From: Cyanobacteriota bacterium
Lineage (GTDB): Bacteria > Cyanobacteriota > Cyanobacteriia > PCC-6307 > Cyanobiaceae
Assembly (NCBI GenBank): GCA_046052125.1
Contig: JBJOMY010000002.1
Location: 32,001-96,000, forward strand
Direction: 5' to 3'
DNA: 64,000 bases
A program made the position numbers and the translations under genes. How positions within the stretch are numbered: position 1 is the stretch's first letter; every line of letters starts with the position of its first letter. Shown here one piece after another: positions 43,401 to 51,352 of the stretch. The notes beneath the pieces were generated by a model that worked only from the letters and a program-made list of their open reading frames with translations, had not been told where the DNA came from and did not search any database.

Positions 43401-43602
43401 CGATGGTGCTTGCTGGAACTTCAGGGTTGAGGCGTTGGAGTGCTGAGCGCAGACGCCCCGTGAGGATGACTTGCCTGAAGTCAGTGCGTTCTGGTGAGGC
43501 GCCGTCGCTGTCGAGTTGGGGCGCGAAGACGTGGGTGTATCCCAGTTCCTGGAACCACTCAAGGCACTGCTGCTCCAGATGGTCTTCTGTGATCAAGGCC
43601 AT
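40411..43602 (-). CDS. hsdR: Type I restriction endonuclease subunit R
   Basis: RRPDVV...IELKNP nuclease, WHTQGAGKS, DEAH, FTGTP, MWLTGFDAP, QAIARVNR; start MALITED at 43602. Confidence 0.96.
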   Translation of the reverse strand: MALITEDHLEQQCLEWFQELGYTHVFAPQLDSDGASPERTDFRQVILTGRLRSALQRLNPEVPASTIESAVLQLANPNVPGLLASNRNFHRWMTQGLPITYMDGNQQVGIRLKVIGFDDPASNDWLVVNQLAIQGTKHNRRPDVVIYVNGLPLAVIELKNPADEKADIWAAFNQLQTYKQDIPDLFTPNVLLVISDGIQARLGSLSADRERFQRWRTIDGENHLDPLGAHRDLETLVRGIFDQGRLLEFVRSFCLFEEDGQIIKKIAAYHQFHAVRAAVERVVEASRPDGDKKGGVVWHTQGAGKSIEMACLAGKLLTDPRLENPTLVMVTDRQDLDGQLFGVFAGAGDLLGESPKQAESRQELRDLLANRPSGGIIFTTIQKFATEPDEDKFPALTERHNIVVICDEAHRTQYGFKGRFDTKTGEIKYGLAKALRDALPQATFLAFTGTPISQDDRDTQAVFGHYVSVYDIQQAVEDGATVPIYYESRLAKLALKEPLLPQVDEQVDDLFADEDDIPAAERAKSRWAALEALVGAEPRLKQVAADLVAHYEQRSRTQPGKAMVVAMSRDICARLYDAIVALRPNWHDDDHLKGAIKVVMTASASDESHLQPHHTSKQQKKDLEKRFKDPADPLKIVLVRDMWLTGFDAPCMATMYVDKPMKGANLAQAIARVNRVFKDKPGGLVVDYIGIAPQLKEALATYTAAKGKGAPTIDNSEALRILKEKLRVAHDLLHPIDWSGFRDPKTAMALLPNCLDHILAMPDGKKRYCDTVLAMTKAFALCGTTDEAMALNDEVTFLQAIRAPLVKGDDAGGDGSAPKNVDFQLRQLLSESLVADGITDVFKVAGLEKPDISILSDQFLAEVSKIPQKNLAVELLQRLLAEEVQTRFKTNVVKQKRFSELLQASLNKYANRSIEAAQVIEELIAMAKQFRDEAEKVEAMGLSVAEVAFYDALANNQSAHDLMGDEVLMKMARELAEKLRGNLSIDWQYKENVRARLRTMIKALLKRYKYPPDQEAAAIELVLQQTEMISEEWSREDLGKKIQAVVAHALTSNMGGQLGGVGE

Positions 43603-43788
43603 GGGGTGAAGCCAGAGATTTTGCCAGTGGTCGATGGCTTGGCCCTGCCTCTTGCCACCTGCCACGCGGAGAGGCCAGACGAGCCTGGGATGCCTGGCTC
43701 AGGGAAAGCCTTAAATACGAGACCGACTGGGGCCCAGGCGGTTTGGGGGATTGGGCGGCGGCGGCGGTGGGTTGCCATTAAAAAGGCC

Positions 43789-45198
43789 TCATGCCCAGAA
43801 AGGGAGGTAGCGGGCGAACTTCCGTGAGGCGCCGACGCTGCCGTCCGGCTTGATCAGATTGGCCTCAATGGTGGCTGAAATGACCTGGGACGTCACGGCG
43901 GCCTTCTCCTCTCCAAGCCGAAATCGCTCTCTAAGCGTCTGATTAGACATCCGCTCGCCCATCACCCACCGGAGAGCGCAGTGTTGATAACAGGCTCGAA
44001 CCCGGTTGTTCCGGTCCATTTGGTCAAATGGAAGGGGGCCGAAGATCGTGACAATCGTGCGGCGGAAACCTGCGTGAAAATCTGGAGCAGGGAGTTGATA
44101 CACCTCAGCGGCATCAACCACCCGATCAATACCGCTGCTCTTCTCCTCGCAGATGCCGAAGCGACGCATCAGATCAGCAAGATGTTCATTGCGAGATTGA
44201 TAGCCATCGATGAAGCGCTCTACAGGCACAAGGGGTTCGCCCGGATTGGAGATCTCAACGCGATTGGCGAAGATGTCGATCATGACAGAAGCCCCAGCGA
44301 CAACGAAGTCCTGATGAATTAGGGCATTGGCCAAAAGCTCACGAATCACAACATCTGGAACGAGCTTAACCTCTTTGCGCAAGGCGCGCTCAATGATTTC
44401 ATTCTGCGGCAGTTGTGCATAGATGTAGTTCACAAATTCCTGAAAGCCAACGGCGTAACCGCGATCAAAAACGTGATCCAGCTTTGTTTGCAACTTGGAT
44501 GGCCCTGAGTAGACGACAACGCGCGCAGCTTTACGTGATAGATCAGGGAAATCACTCAGTCGGCGAGCCAGTAAAAGCGCACCAAGACGTCGAATGGTGT
44601 AGCTGCTGCCTTCATAATCGACAAGCTTTTCTGCCGTGAGCCTGTCAAGAACGCCTACGCGATCTGTGGGATAGGGCAACCGCAGAAGCTCAAAAAAGGT
44701 TTGTGTATCGAGCAGCTCTACAACCTCCTGAGCATCCAGACCTCGTCGGGAAGGCTCTTCGAGCCAATCAGGTTGACCTTCAGAAAAAATGCGCCTCAGC
44801 TGGTCTTCGCTCATCGGCACCAACGCTTCGCCTGCGCGCATCAAATATTTGCCTTCCAGGTTGTAAGCCGTTCCGCGGGGACGTGATGGAATGTGAAAAA
44901 CAAGAACACGTCCATCTGGATGAACAACGGCCTCGATATCGACTCTGAATCCAACGGCCTTGAACAGTTTTTCTGCTGCTGCAACCGTGTCTGGGAAGGC
45001 TTGAGTGCTGACAACCTGGCGTGGAGGTTCATCTGCGATTCCAAGAAGAAGCACACCGCCACCCTCATTGGCCAGGGCCACGCAGTATTCATTCAGTTTG
45101 CGCGTGTCAAACTGATGCTTCGCTTCCTTGAATTCCAACCGTTGGTGCTCAGAGGCCGCTTGCCGCCAGAGATCAATCTGCTGTGGGGTCGTGCTCAT
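43789..45198 (-). CDS. Schlafen/AlbA_2-domain protein with a HATPase-like middle region and C-terminal wHTH-like region
   Basis: SEHQRLEFKEA...VALANEGGGVLLLGIAD; RELLANALIHQD, EISNPG, SRNEHLADLMRRFGICEEKSSG. Confidence 0.85.
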   Translation of the reverse strand: MSTTPQQIDLWRQAASEHQRLEFKEAKHQFDTRKLNEYCVALANEGGGVLLLGIADEPPRQVVSTQAFPDTVAAAEKLFKAVGFRVDIEAVVHPDGRVLVFHIPSRPRGTAYNLEGKYLMRAGEALVPMSEDQLRRIFSEGQPDWLEEPSRRGLDAQEVVELLDTQTFFELLRLPYPTDRVGVLDRLTAEKLVDYEGSSYTIRRLGALLLARRLSDFPDLSRKAARVVVYSGPSKLQTKLDHVFDRGYAVGFQEFVNYIYAQLPQNEIIERALRKEVKLVPDVVIRELLANALIHQDFVVAGASVMIDIFANRVEISNPGEPLVPVERFIDGYQSRNEHLADLMRRFGICEEKSSGIDRVVDAAEVYQLPAPDFHAGFRRTIVTIFGPLPFDQMDRNNRVRACYQHCALRWVMGERMSNQTLRERFRLGEEKAAVTSQVISATIEANLIKPDGSVGASRKFARYLPFWA

Positions 45199-46499
45199 GA
45201 CAGCATCCCCTCAAGCATCTTCTCGGCATCAGGGATTCGGATTTGACCTGAGATGAGTTTGGAAAGGAGGGTATCCCTGGTTGTTGCGAGATCTTTGGAT
45301 TGCTTCCGTAAACCAAAGACTCGATCCAGAAGAGGGGCAAATGCTGAATCCATCGCAGCAAGAAGAGATGGTGTGGGGATCAGCGCCTTAGCCTCACTTA
45401 GATGATGCCTTTGGATGTGCCCCATCGTTGTCGCTTTCCCCTGGGCGATTTCCTGAAACTCAGGCAGATGGTGCTTGACCCACTGAAGGAAGAACCACTT
45501 GTCGTAGGTCTTGGATGTGACCTTGAAGAGGTGCTGGTTCAGAGCACCATCACCTCCACACCACATATCAACAGCAAGAGAACCAGACCAGGAGAACAAC
45601 ACATCACCATCCCTAACTACATAGTCGGATGGAACTGCTGTCGAGCACCTGTCTGCCCCAATGGAATCGCCCTTCTTTAGTTGAGCGATCTTGATCACTG
45701 GAAGCGTTGGGTTGCCGTCTTCAGGCGGGAACTTCTGTAGGGCAAGACCATTGAGGAAATGAGCGACCTCATCCAATGACTTCACTTTCCACCCACTAGG
45801 AATCTCGCCGTGTTCCGAATCCTCAAATGAATCTTGGAACAGGTCGCTGATTTCTGCTGGCAATCCAGTAGGGCGACCTTCTGCCTTCGCTCTGACTGGA
45901 TCGAAATCCACAAACCACGACTTGAAGAGCGCCTTTGCCATCGCCTCCAAGGTTTCGTTGGTCTTGCGGTTCAGTTCGATCTTGTCATCAAGGGTGCCGA
46001 GGATATGAGCGATTGCTTTCTGTTCATTGAAGGGTGGCAAGTCAATCTCAACCTGCTTCAGTTCCCTGACTGAAAGGTTGCCCTGAACGGAACCATTATC
46101 CAGTTCTCTGGCAATGGTCTTCCCAGTTGATCCGCTCAGGATGTAATAAAGAAAATCACGGGATACGTTTTGCTTTGGTCGAATGATGACAAGAGACGAT
46201 GCTATCGCCCCTTTCTGAATGCCCTTCGCAAGACCGATCTTTCCAAGAGATCCACGAAGGCAAAACAAGATATCGCCCTTCTCAATCTTTCCATTACCAA
46301 GCCGATCGTATGCCCCTTGCGAAATAAAGGTTGCCCCCGACAGGTCTATGCGCCTACCGTCAAGGTCAGAGGCGCTGACAAACGGTATTCCGCTGGCGAC
46401 ATAATCAGAAGAGGATGGGTAGTTCTTCCCCCTGTCGCCATTGATGAAATCAGCAGCGTTGTCGAGAGTAGAAGTCGACCAACTAAAATCAGAACTCAT
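45195..46499 (-). CDS. hsdS: Type I restriction-modification specificity subunit
   Basis: Two TRDs with conserved spacers ([46 protein letters not shown]). Confidence 0.95.
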   Translation of the reverse strand: MSSDFSWSTSTLDNAADFINGDRGKNYPSSSDYVASGIPFVSASDLDGRRIDLSGATFISQGAYDRLGNGKIEKGDILFCLRGSLGKIGLAKGIQKGAIASSLVIIRPKQNVSRDFLYYILSGSTGKTIARELDNGSVQGNLSVRELKQVEIDLPPFNEQKAIAHILGTLDDKIELNRKTNETLEAMAKALFKSWFVDFDPVRAKAEGRPTGLPAEISDLFQDSFEDSEHGEIPSGWKVKSLDEVAHFLNGLALQKFPPEDGNPTLPVIKIAQLKKGDSIGADRCSTAVPSDYVVRDGDVLFSWSGSLAVDMWCGGDGALNQHLFKVTSKTYDKWFFLQWVKHHLPEFQEIAQGKATTMGHIQRHHLSEAKALIPTPSLLAAMDSAFAPLLDRVFGLRKQSKDLATTRDTLLSKLISGQIRIPDAEKMLEGMLS

Positions 46500-48375
46500 A
46501 TCCCAACCTCCTCAGATTCTCGGCAATCTGCTGATCCAACTTCGCCCCCTCTTCCTGCTGCTGCTTGAGCAGAGCAGTGAGGCGCTTCATCTTCTGATCA
46601 AAGGGTTCGTCGTCGTCATCCTGATCTGCCGCTCCCACATAGCGACCAGGTGTGAGCACAAAACCATTCTTCTCAATCTCATCTAACTTGGCGCTGTAGC
46701 AGAATCCAGCAACATCCTCATAGACATCAGATACCTCGCCATCACCACGCCAGGCGTGAACAGCACCAGCAATCTTCTCAATATCCTCATCCGTTAGCAC
46801 CCGTTCAACCCTGGTCTTCATCGTGCCCATCTGACGGGCATCAATAAAAAGCGTCTCTCCACGACGATCACGACCACGCAGGGTCTTGTCATTCGTCAAG
46901 AACCACAAGCAAACAGGAATCTGAGTGTTGAGGAACAGTTGACCAGGCAGTGCCACCATCACCTCAACCACATCACCACGCACCATCGCTTCACGGATCT
47001 GCCCCTCACCGCTCTGGTTGGAACTCATCGATCCATTTGCCAGCACTACACCTGCTTCACCACCAGGGCGTAGTTTCCAGAGCATATGTTGCAACCACGC
47101 ATAGTTCGCATTGCCTACAGGTGGTCGCCCGTAGACCCAGCGTGGATCACTTTCGTATTTCTCCCCGCCCCAATCCGAAATGTTGAACGGTGGATTAGCA
47201 AGGATGTAGTCGAACTTCTGATCAGGGAACTGATCTCTGGCAAAGGTGTCAGCAGGTTCCTGACCCAGATCCGCAGCAAACCCACGGATCGCCAGGTTCA
47301 TCGCTGCCAACCTCCAGGTGGTTGGGTTGCTCTCCTGCCCATAGATCGAAGCGTCATCACGCTTGCCCCCGTGCGCCTGGATGAACTTTTCGCTTTGAAC
47401 GAACATTCCACCTGAACCGCAGCAGGGGTCATAGATCCGACCCTTGTGCGGTGCCAGCACAGCAACCAGCGTTTTGACGACGTGAGCAGGCGTATAGAAC
47501 TGACCTCCCTTCTTGCCTTCTGCGCTGGCGAACTGACCGAGGAAATATTCGTAGACCTCCCCCAGCACATCACCCGAACGCTGGTCGTCAGCAAATCCAA
47601 TGGTGGAAATCAGATCTACCAGTTCACCCAGACGCCCTGGTTCCAGTTGAGCGGCACCAAACCGCTTATCCAACTTGCCCCGCAGGGTCGGGTTCTCGTT
47701 CTCGATGGCGACCAGTGCCCGATCAATCAGTTGACCGATATCAGGTTGCTTTGCCCGTGCCCGTAGCGACTCCCAGCGAGCATCAGCAGGCACCCAAAAC
47801 ACGTTCTCTTGGGTGTAGTAGTCACGATCCTCCAGTGCTGCTTCGTGATCGGCAGGGTCATCACCGATGTAGAAGTCAGAGTCAGGCGAACTGACCATTG
47901 CCAGCACCTTCGCCCGATGCTCGGCAAACGTGTCTGAGATGTATTTCAGGAAGATCAGACCCAGAACCAGATGCTTGTATTCCGCCGCATCCATCTGGGC
48001 ACGGAGTTTGTCGGCGCTCGCCCAGAGAACTGCCTTGAAATCCTTGGCGGGTGCTTCCTTCTTCGCTCGACCTCGACCGTTACCTGCTGCTGGTGCTGAG
48101 GGTGCCTCGTAGCGACTGCCGCCAGGGATCCCATCTGCCAACCCAATGGCACCCCCACGCCCCCGACCCTTGCGGATTATTCCCAGGGCAAGCGCCTTTT
48201 CCTTGACTGCCTCGTACTCCTCTTCGCTGATCTGGCGCTCTGCTGCTCGACTCAGCGCCTCCCGTGCCGACTGGTTCCCGATGGTGCTGCCATCAGGGGG
48301 GAGCACCTCCAGGAGCAGGTCACTCAGTTCTGCTTCCCCTGCGTCGGGTGTGGTGAAAGTCGCTGAGTCGGTCAC
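46489..48375 (-). CDS. hsdM: Type I N6-adenine methyltransferase with an ~110-aa N-terminal extension
   Basis: [24 protein letters not shown] (motif I), ANPPF (motif IV), LTPGRYVG. Confidence 0.95.
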   Translation of the reverse strand: MTDSATFTTPDAGEAELSDLLLEVLPPDGSTIGNQSAREALSRAAERQISEEEYEAVKEKALALGIIRKGRGRGGAIGLADGIPGGSRYEAPSAPAAGNGRGRAKKEAPAKDFKAVLWASADKLRAQMDAAEYKHLVLGLIFLKYISDTFAEHRAKVLAMVSSPDSDFYIGDDPADHEAALEDRDYYTQENVFWVPADARWESLRARAKQPDIGQLIDRALVAIENENPTLRGKLDKRFGAAQLEPGRLGELVDLISTIGFADDQRSGDVLGEVYEYFLGQFASAEGKKGGQFYTPAHVVKTLVAVLAPHKGRIYDPCCGSGGMFVQSEKFIQAHGGKRDDASIYGQESNPTTWRLAAMNLAIRGFAADLGQEPADTFARDQFPDQKFDYILANPPFNISDWGGEKYESDPRWVYGRPPVGNANYAWLQHMLWKLRPGGEAGVVLANGSMSSNQSGEGQIREAMVRGDVVEVMVALPGQLFLNTQIPVCLWFLTNDKTLRGRDRRGETLFIDARQMGTMKTRVERVLTDEDIEKIAGAVHAWRGDGEVSDVYEDVAGFCYSAKLDEIEKNGFVLTPGRYVGAADQDDDDEPFDQKMKRLTALLKQQQEEGAKLDQQIAENLRRLGYEF

Positions 48376-48493
48376 TGGGACTGGATGCTTCCGCCCATTT
48401 TCGCCGCTGCGCCTTGGTTTTGCCCGTTATGCGCTATTCGCATAGACCAACGGCGCCTGTGGTGGGAACTCTGAGAGCAGTCGCACTGATCCG

Positions 48494-48712
48494 ATGACCA
48501 CACTCACCACTGGTGCCCTGGCAACCGAGACCCTGATCGCCTCGCTCCTTGCCCTGGAAGACCTGACCAACCGCCTGACGGTGCTAACCCTCAATGCCTC
48601 TGGATGCCCTGAGCAATCCCCCAGGGTGCGGGCGCTGCTGGCAGACCTGGCGGATGCCCTGAAGCGATGTGAGGAGGATCTGGGGACCTATGCCGCAGCA
48701 AACGACACCTGA
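48494..48712 (+). CDS. Small helical hypothetical protein
   Basis: 72-aa Leu/Ala-rich ORF divergent from hsdM. Confidence 0.6.
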   Translation: MTTLTTGALATETLIASLLALEDLTNRLTVLTLNASGCPEQSPRVRALLADLADALKRCEEDLGTYAAANDT

Positions 48713-48716
48713 CGGT

Positions 48717-48971
48717 TCAACGCCTCTCGGTGATGGGTTCCCATTCCGCCTTAATCCCGATGTCGGGTGCTCCTGACTCTTTGTTGGTCTTCTCCATCCA
48801 CTGTGACCTCACGATCCTGTGCCCCTTAAGCACCTGCCGCATTCCTGCTGGTGCTTTGGCGGCGGCGCAGGAGGTGCCACCGTCCCTACAGGCGCTGGAT
48901 GCTGAGCGGTCCCTCTTGCTCCCACACCCCGCCAGCAGCAGCACCCCAAGGAACAGGGCAACCCGCTTCAT
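48717..48971 (-). CDS. Putative lipoprotein
   Basis: MKRVALFLGVLLLAGC lipobox; ATG overlaps the upstream stop (ATGA). Confidence 0.6.
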   Translation of the reverse strand: MKRVALFLGVLLLAGCGSKRDRSASSACRDGGTSCAAAKAPAGMRQVLKGHRIVRSQWMEKTNKESGAPDIGIKAEWEPITERR

Positions 48972-49150
48972 CGCTTGTGAGCAGTCTTTGCCCAGATCCG
49001 CTCCAGGGTCTTGCGGAACTCGCCCTCGCTCAAGGGTCGTGCCAGATCTCGCTTCCTGACGGTGCTCCAGATCCACCAGACCTGAAGACCGCCAAAGGCA
49101 AGGGCGAACAGACCCAGTTGGAGGTACCCAGAGTTCAGATGCTCCATCAC
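48968..49150 (-). CDS. Small membrane protein with LERIWAK motif
   Basis: One TM helix then FRKTLERIWAK. Confidence 0.7.
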   Translation of the reverse strand: MMEHLNSGYLQLGLFALAFGGLQVWWIWSTVRKRDLARPLSEGEFRKTLERIWAKTAHKR

Positions 49151-49323
49151 GCCGTCTGCTGGTCCTTTGCCCAGATCCGTTCCAAGGACTGCCTGACCTG
49201 ATCGGTTCTGGAGGTAGCGCCCAGCACTCGCTTGCGGAACAGGGTGGTCAGGCGCCAGAACTTGACTCCAGCAGCAAGGGCAAAGACCGCCCAGGGCACC
49301 AGCATCCAGAGCGGGTTGCTCAT
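49147..49323 (-). CDS. Small membrane protein with LERIWAK motif
   Basis: MSNPLWMLVPWAVFALAAG...VRQSLERIWAK. Confidence 0.7.
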   Translation of the reverse strand: MSNPLWMLVPWAVFALAAGVKFWRLTTLFRKRVLGATSRTDQVRQSLERIWAKDQQTA

Positions 49324-49535
49324 CCCCTGTTCAACGCCCACCGCAGTGCCCCCAGACCGATCGAGAGTCCCACCATCGTGTTCCAGGCGATTGCCCTGCG
49401 GGTGCTGAGGCGCAGCAGGAAGGGCGGCAGGGTCTGATGGCGACTCAGCAGCAGGGCGGTGCTGATCAGGAGGTAGGCAGCGGGGATGCCCAGTGCCAGC
49501 AACAACTCAGTCGTCACAGCGGGGTCTGCTGCCAC
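49320..49535 (-). CDS. Small two-TM membrane protein
   Basis: Two hydrophobic segments; stop overlaps the next start. Confidence 0.6.
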   Translation of the reverse strand: MAADPAVTTELLLALGIPAAYLLISTALLLSRHQTLPPFLLRLSTRRAIAWNTMVGLSIGLGALRWALNRG

Positions 49536-49581
49536 TGGTGAAACGGTAGTGACGCTCCAGGGAGGCGCCCGATCGGAACCC

Positions 49582-49620
49582 TTGACCCCACCACCGCACC
49601 ACAGGTAGTACAGGTGTACC
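49582..49620 (+). promoter_or_regulatory. Promoter with a cyanobacterial LexA box over the -10 element
   Basis: -35-like TTGACC (49582-49587); AGTACAGGTGTACC (49607-49620) fits RGTAC-N3-DGTWCB. Confidence 0.7.
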
Positions 49621-49632
49621 CGCCCGCCTCAG

Positions 49633-49899
49633 ATGCCTGCTGCTCGTCCCGTCGCCTCTGGCGCCCCTGCTGAAGAGTGGGACTACCTGGATGTGGATGT
49701 CCTTCGCCCTGCCCGTTCAGGTGCCGTCTGTATCACCTGCCAGCACTTCCGTTACGAGGTCGGCAGGCACTGCGTCACGGTGCTGACCTGCCCGATCCAT
49801 CAGGGTCTTATCCCCCAGGGTGAGCACCTGACTAAGCGGTGCGCTCAGTGGGTTGCTCGGCGGGAGGTGGCGGTTGGGTGGCGCCCTGAGACGGGGTGA
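49633..49899 (+). CDS. Small Cys/His-rich putative metal-binding protein
   Basis: CITCQHF...CPIHQGLIPQGEHLTKRC. Confidence 0.75.
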   Translation: MPAARPVASGAPAEEWDYLDVDVLRPARSGAVCITCQHFRYEVGRHCVTVLTCPIHQGLIPQGEHLTKRCAQWVARREVAVGWRPETG

Positions 49900-50075
49900 A
49901 ACCGCTTTGCTTACGGAGAAATCATTTGCCCCGCAATGGGTTTGCGGGAATGACCTCGACCTGAACGTAAGCACTACCCTGATCGACACTGGGTTTTACG
50001 TCTGTCTTCTCCGTAAGCGTTGCGTAAGCGTCGATCTAAGGTCCCCCAGATCCCTTGCGGCAGAACGGGTTTGCC

Positions 50076-50096
50076 CTTACGTCGTGTAATCGGCGT
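50076..50096. repeat. att-like direct repeat, right copy (3' end of argJ)
   Basis: CTTACGTCGTGTAATCGGCGT encodes ...ADYTT* of argJ on the - strand. Confidence 0.9.
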
Positions 50097-51306
50097 TGAT
50101 GCGCACGTATTGATCCGACAGGTCACATCCCCAGGCGCGACCCTGCCCTGAGCCTTCACCCACCTGCAGGCGGATCACCACGGTGTCGTCACGGAGGTAG
50201 GCGCCGGCAGCGCGATCGCGCATGTAGGCAGAGGCGGCAGAGCGATCAAAGGCCAGCGGCTGACCGGCTGCCATCAGCTGGTGATCGCCGAGCCACAGGG
50301 CCACGGCGTCGGGATCGAAGGGCACACCGGCCCGGCCGGCAGCCGCCACGATGCGCCCCCAGTTGGGATCGCGGCCGTGCACGGCACATTTCACCAGCGA
50401 CGAACCGCAGATGGTGCGGGCGATGGCGCGGGCACCGGCATCGTCGGCTGCCCCCTCCACCAGCACCTCGATCAAGCAGGTGGCACCTTCGCCGTCGCGG
50501 GCGATCGCCTTGGCCAGATGTTGCGACACCGCCGTCAGGCCAACCTCCAACGCATCGAAGTGCTCGGGGCTCAGGGGCTCACCGGCTGCAAACGCCAGGT
50601 ACGTGTCGTTGGTGCTGGTGTCGCCGTCCACCGTGATCGCATTGAAGGAGCGATCCACCGCCCGCTTCACCATCGCCTGCCACGCATCCGCCGGCACGCC
50701 GGCATCGCAGCTGAGGTAGCCGAGCATCGTGGCCATGTTGGGGTGAATCATTCCCGACCCCTTGGCCATCCCGCCGATGCGCACGCGGCGGCCGCCCAGC
50801 TCCGCCTCCAGGGCGATCTGTTTGTCGATCAGATCGGTGGTGAGGATCGCGGTAGCCGCTGCCGCACCGCCCTCGGGGCTGAGGGCCTCGGCCAGTGGGT
50901 CGAGCCCCGCAAGGAGGGTGTCCATGGGGATCGGCACGCCGATCACGCCGGTGGAGCAAATCAACACTTCATCCGGGGCCAAACCCAGGTGATCCGCCAT
51001 GGCCTGGGTGGCGCGCAGGCTGTCGATCAGGCCGCGATCACCCGTGCAGGCATTGGCCTGCCCTGAGTTGCTCAGCACCGCACGGGCGCGGCCGCCGCTG
51101 GCCTGCAGGCGCTCAGCACAGAGGTCGACGCATGCGGCCCGCACCAGTGAGGTGGTGAAGGTGCCAGCGCAGACAGAACCTTCCGGGGCCAACAGCAGTG
51201 AAAGATCAGGCTTGCCGGAGGCCTTGAGGCCAGCGGTGATGCCAGCCGCCAGGAAGCCTTCAGGAGCCGTGACGCCTCCGGGAATCGACTGCCAAGAGTG
51301 GGGCAC
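50077..51306 (-). CDS. argJ: Glutamate N-acetyltransferase / ornithine acetyltransferase
   Basis: SNSGQANACTG, AKGSGMIHPNMATML, DGDTSTND, DGEGAT, NADYTT. Confidence 0.97.
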   Translation of the reverse strand: MPHSWQSIPGGVTAPEGFLAAGITAGLKASGKPDLSLLLAPEGSVCAGTFTTSLVRAACVDLCAERLQASGGRARAVLSNSGQANACTGDRGLIDSLRATQAMADHLGLAPDEVLICSTGVIGVPIPMDTLLAGLDPLAEALSPEGGAAAATAILTTDLIDKQIALEAELGGRRVRIGGMAKGSGMIHPNMATMLGYLSCDAGVPADAWQAMVKRAVDRSFNAITVDGDTSTNDTYLAFAAGEPLSPEHFDALEVGLTAVSQHLAKAIARDGEGATCLIEVLVEGAADDAGARAIARTICGSSLVKCAVHGRDPNWGRIVAAAGRAGVPFDPDAVALWLGDHQLMAAGQPLAFDRSAASAYMRDRAAGAYLRDDTVVIRLQVGEGSGQGRAWGCDLSDQYVRINADYTT

Positions 51307-51352
51307 AGACGAGGTTGTTGCTGCACCAATCCTCCTCCCGAACTGGGCCCGC

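Larger units (their letters stand above)
38585..50096. mobile_element. ~11.5 kb genomic defence island integrated at the argJ 3' end; no integrase seen
   Basis: 21-bp terminal direct repeats, shifted composition and palindrome usage, restriction-modification cargo. Confidence 0.85.

Noticed and set aside
43593..43778. 61-aa ORF in the spacer between the AlbA gene and hsdR
   Set aside because: No family features; may just be cassette junction sequence.
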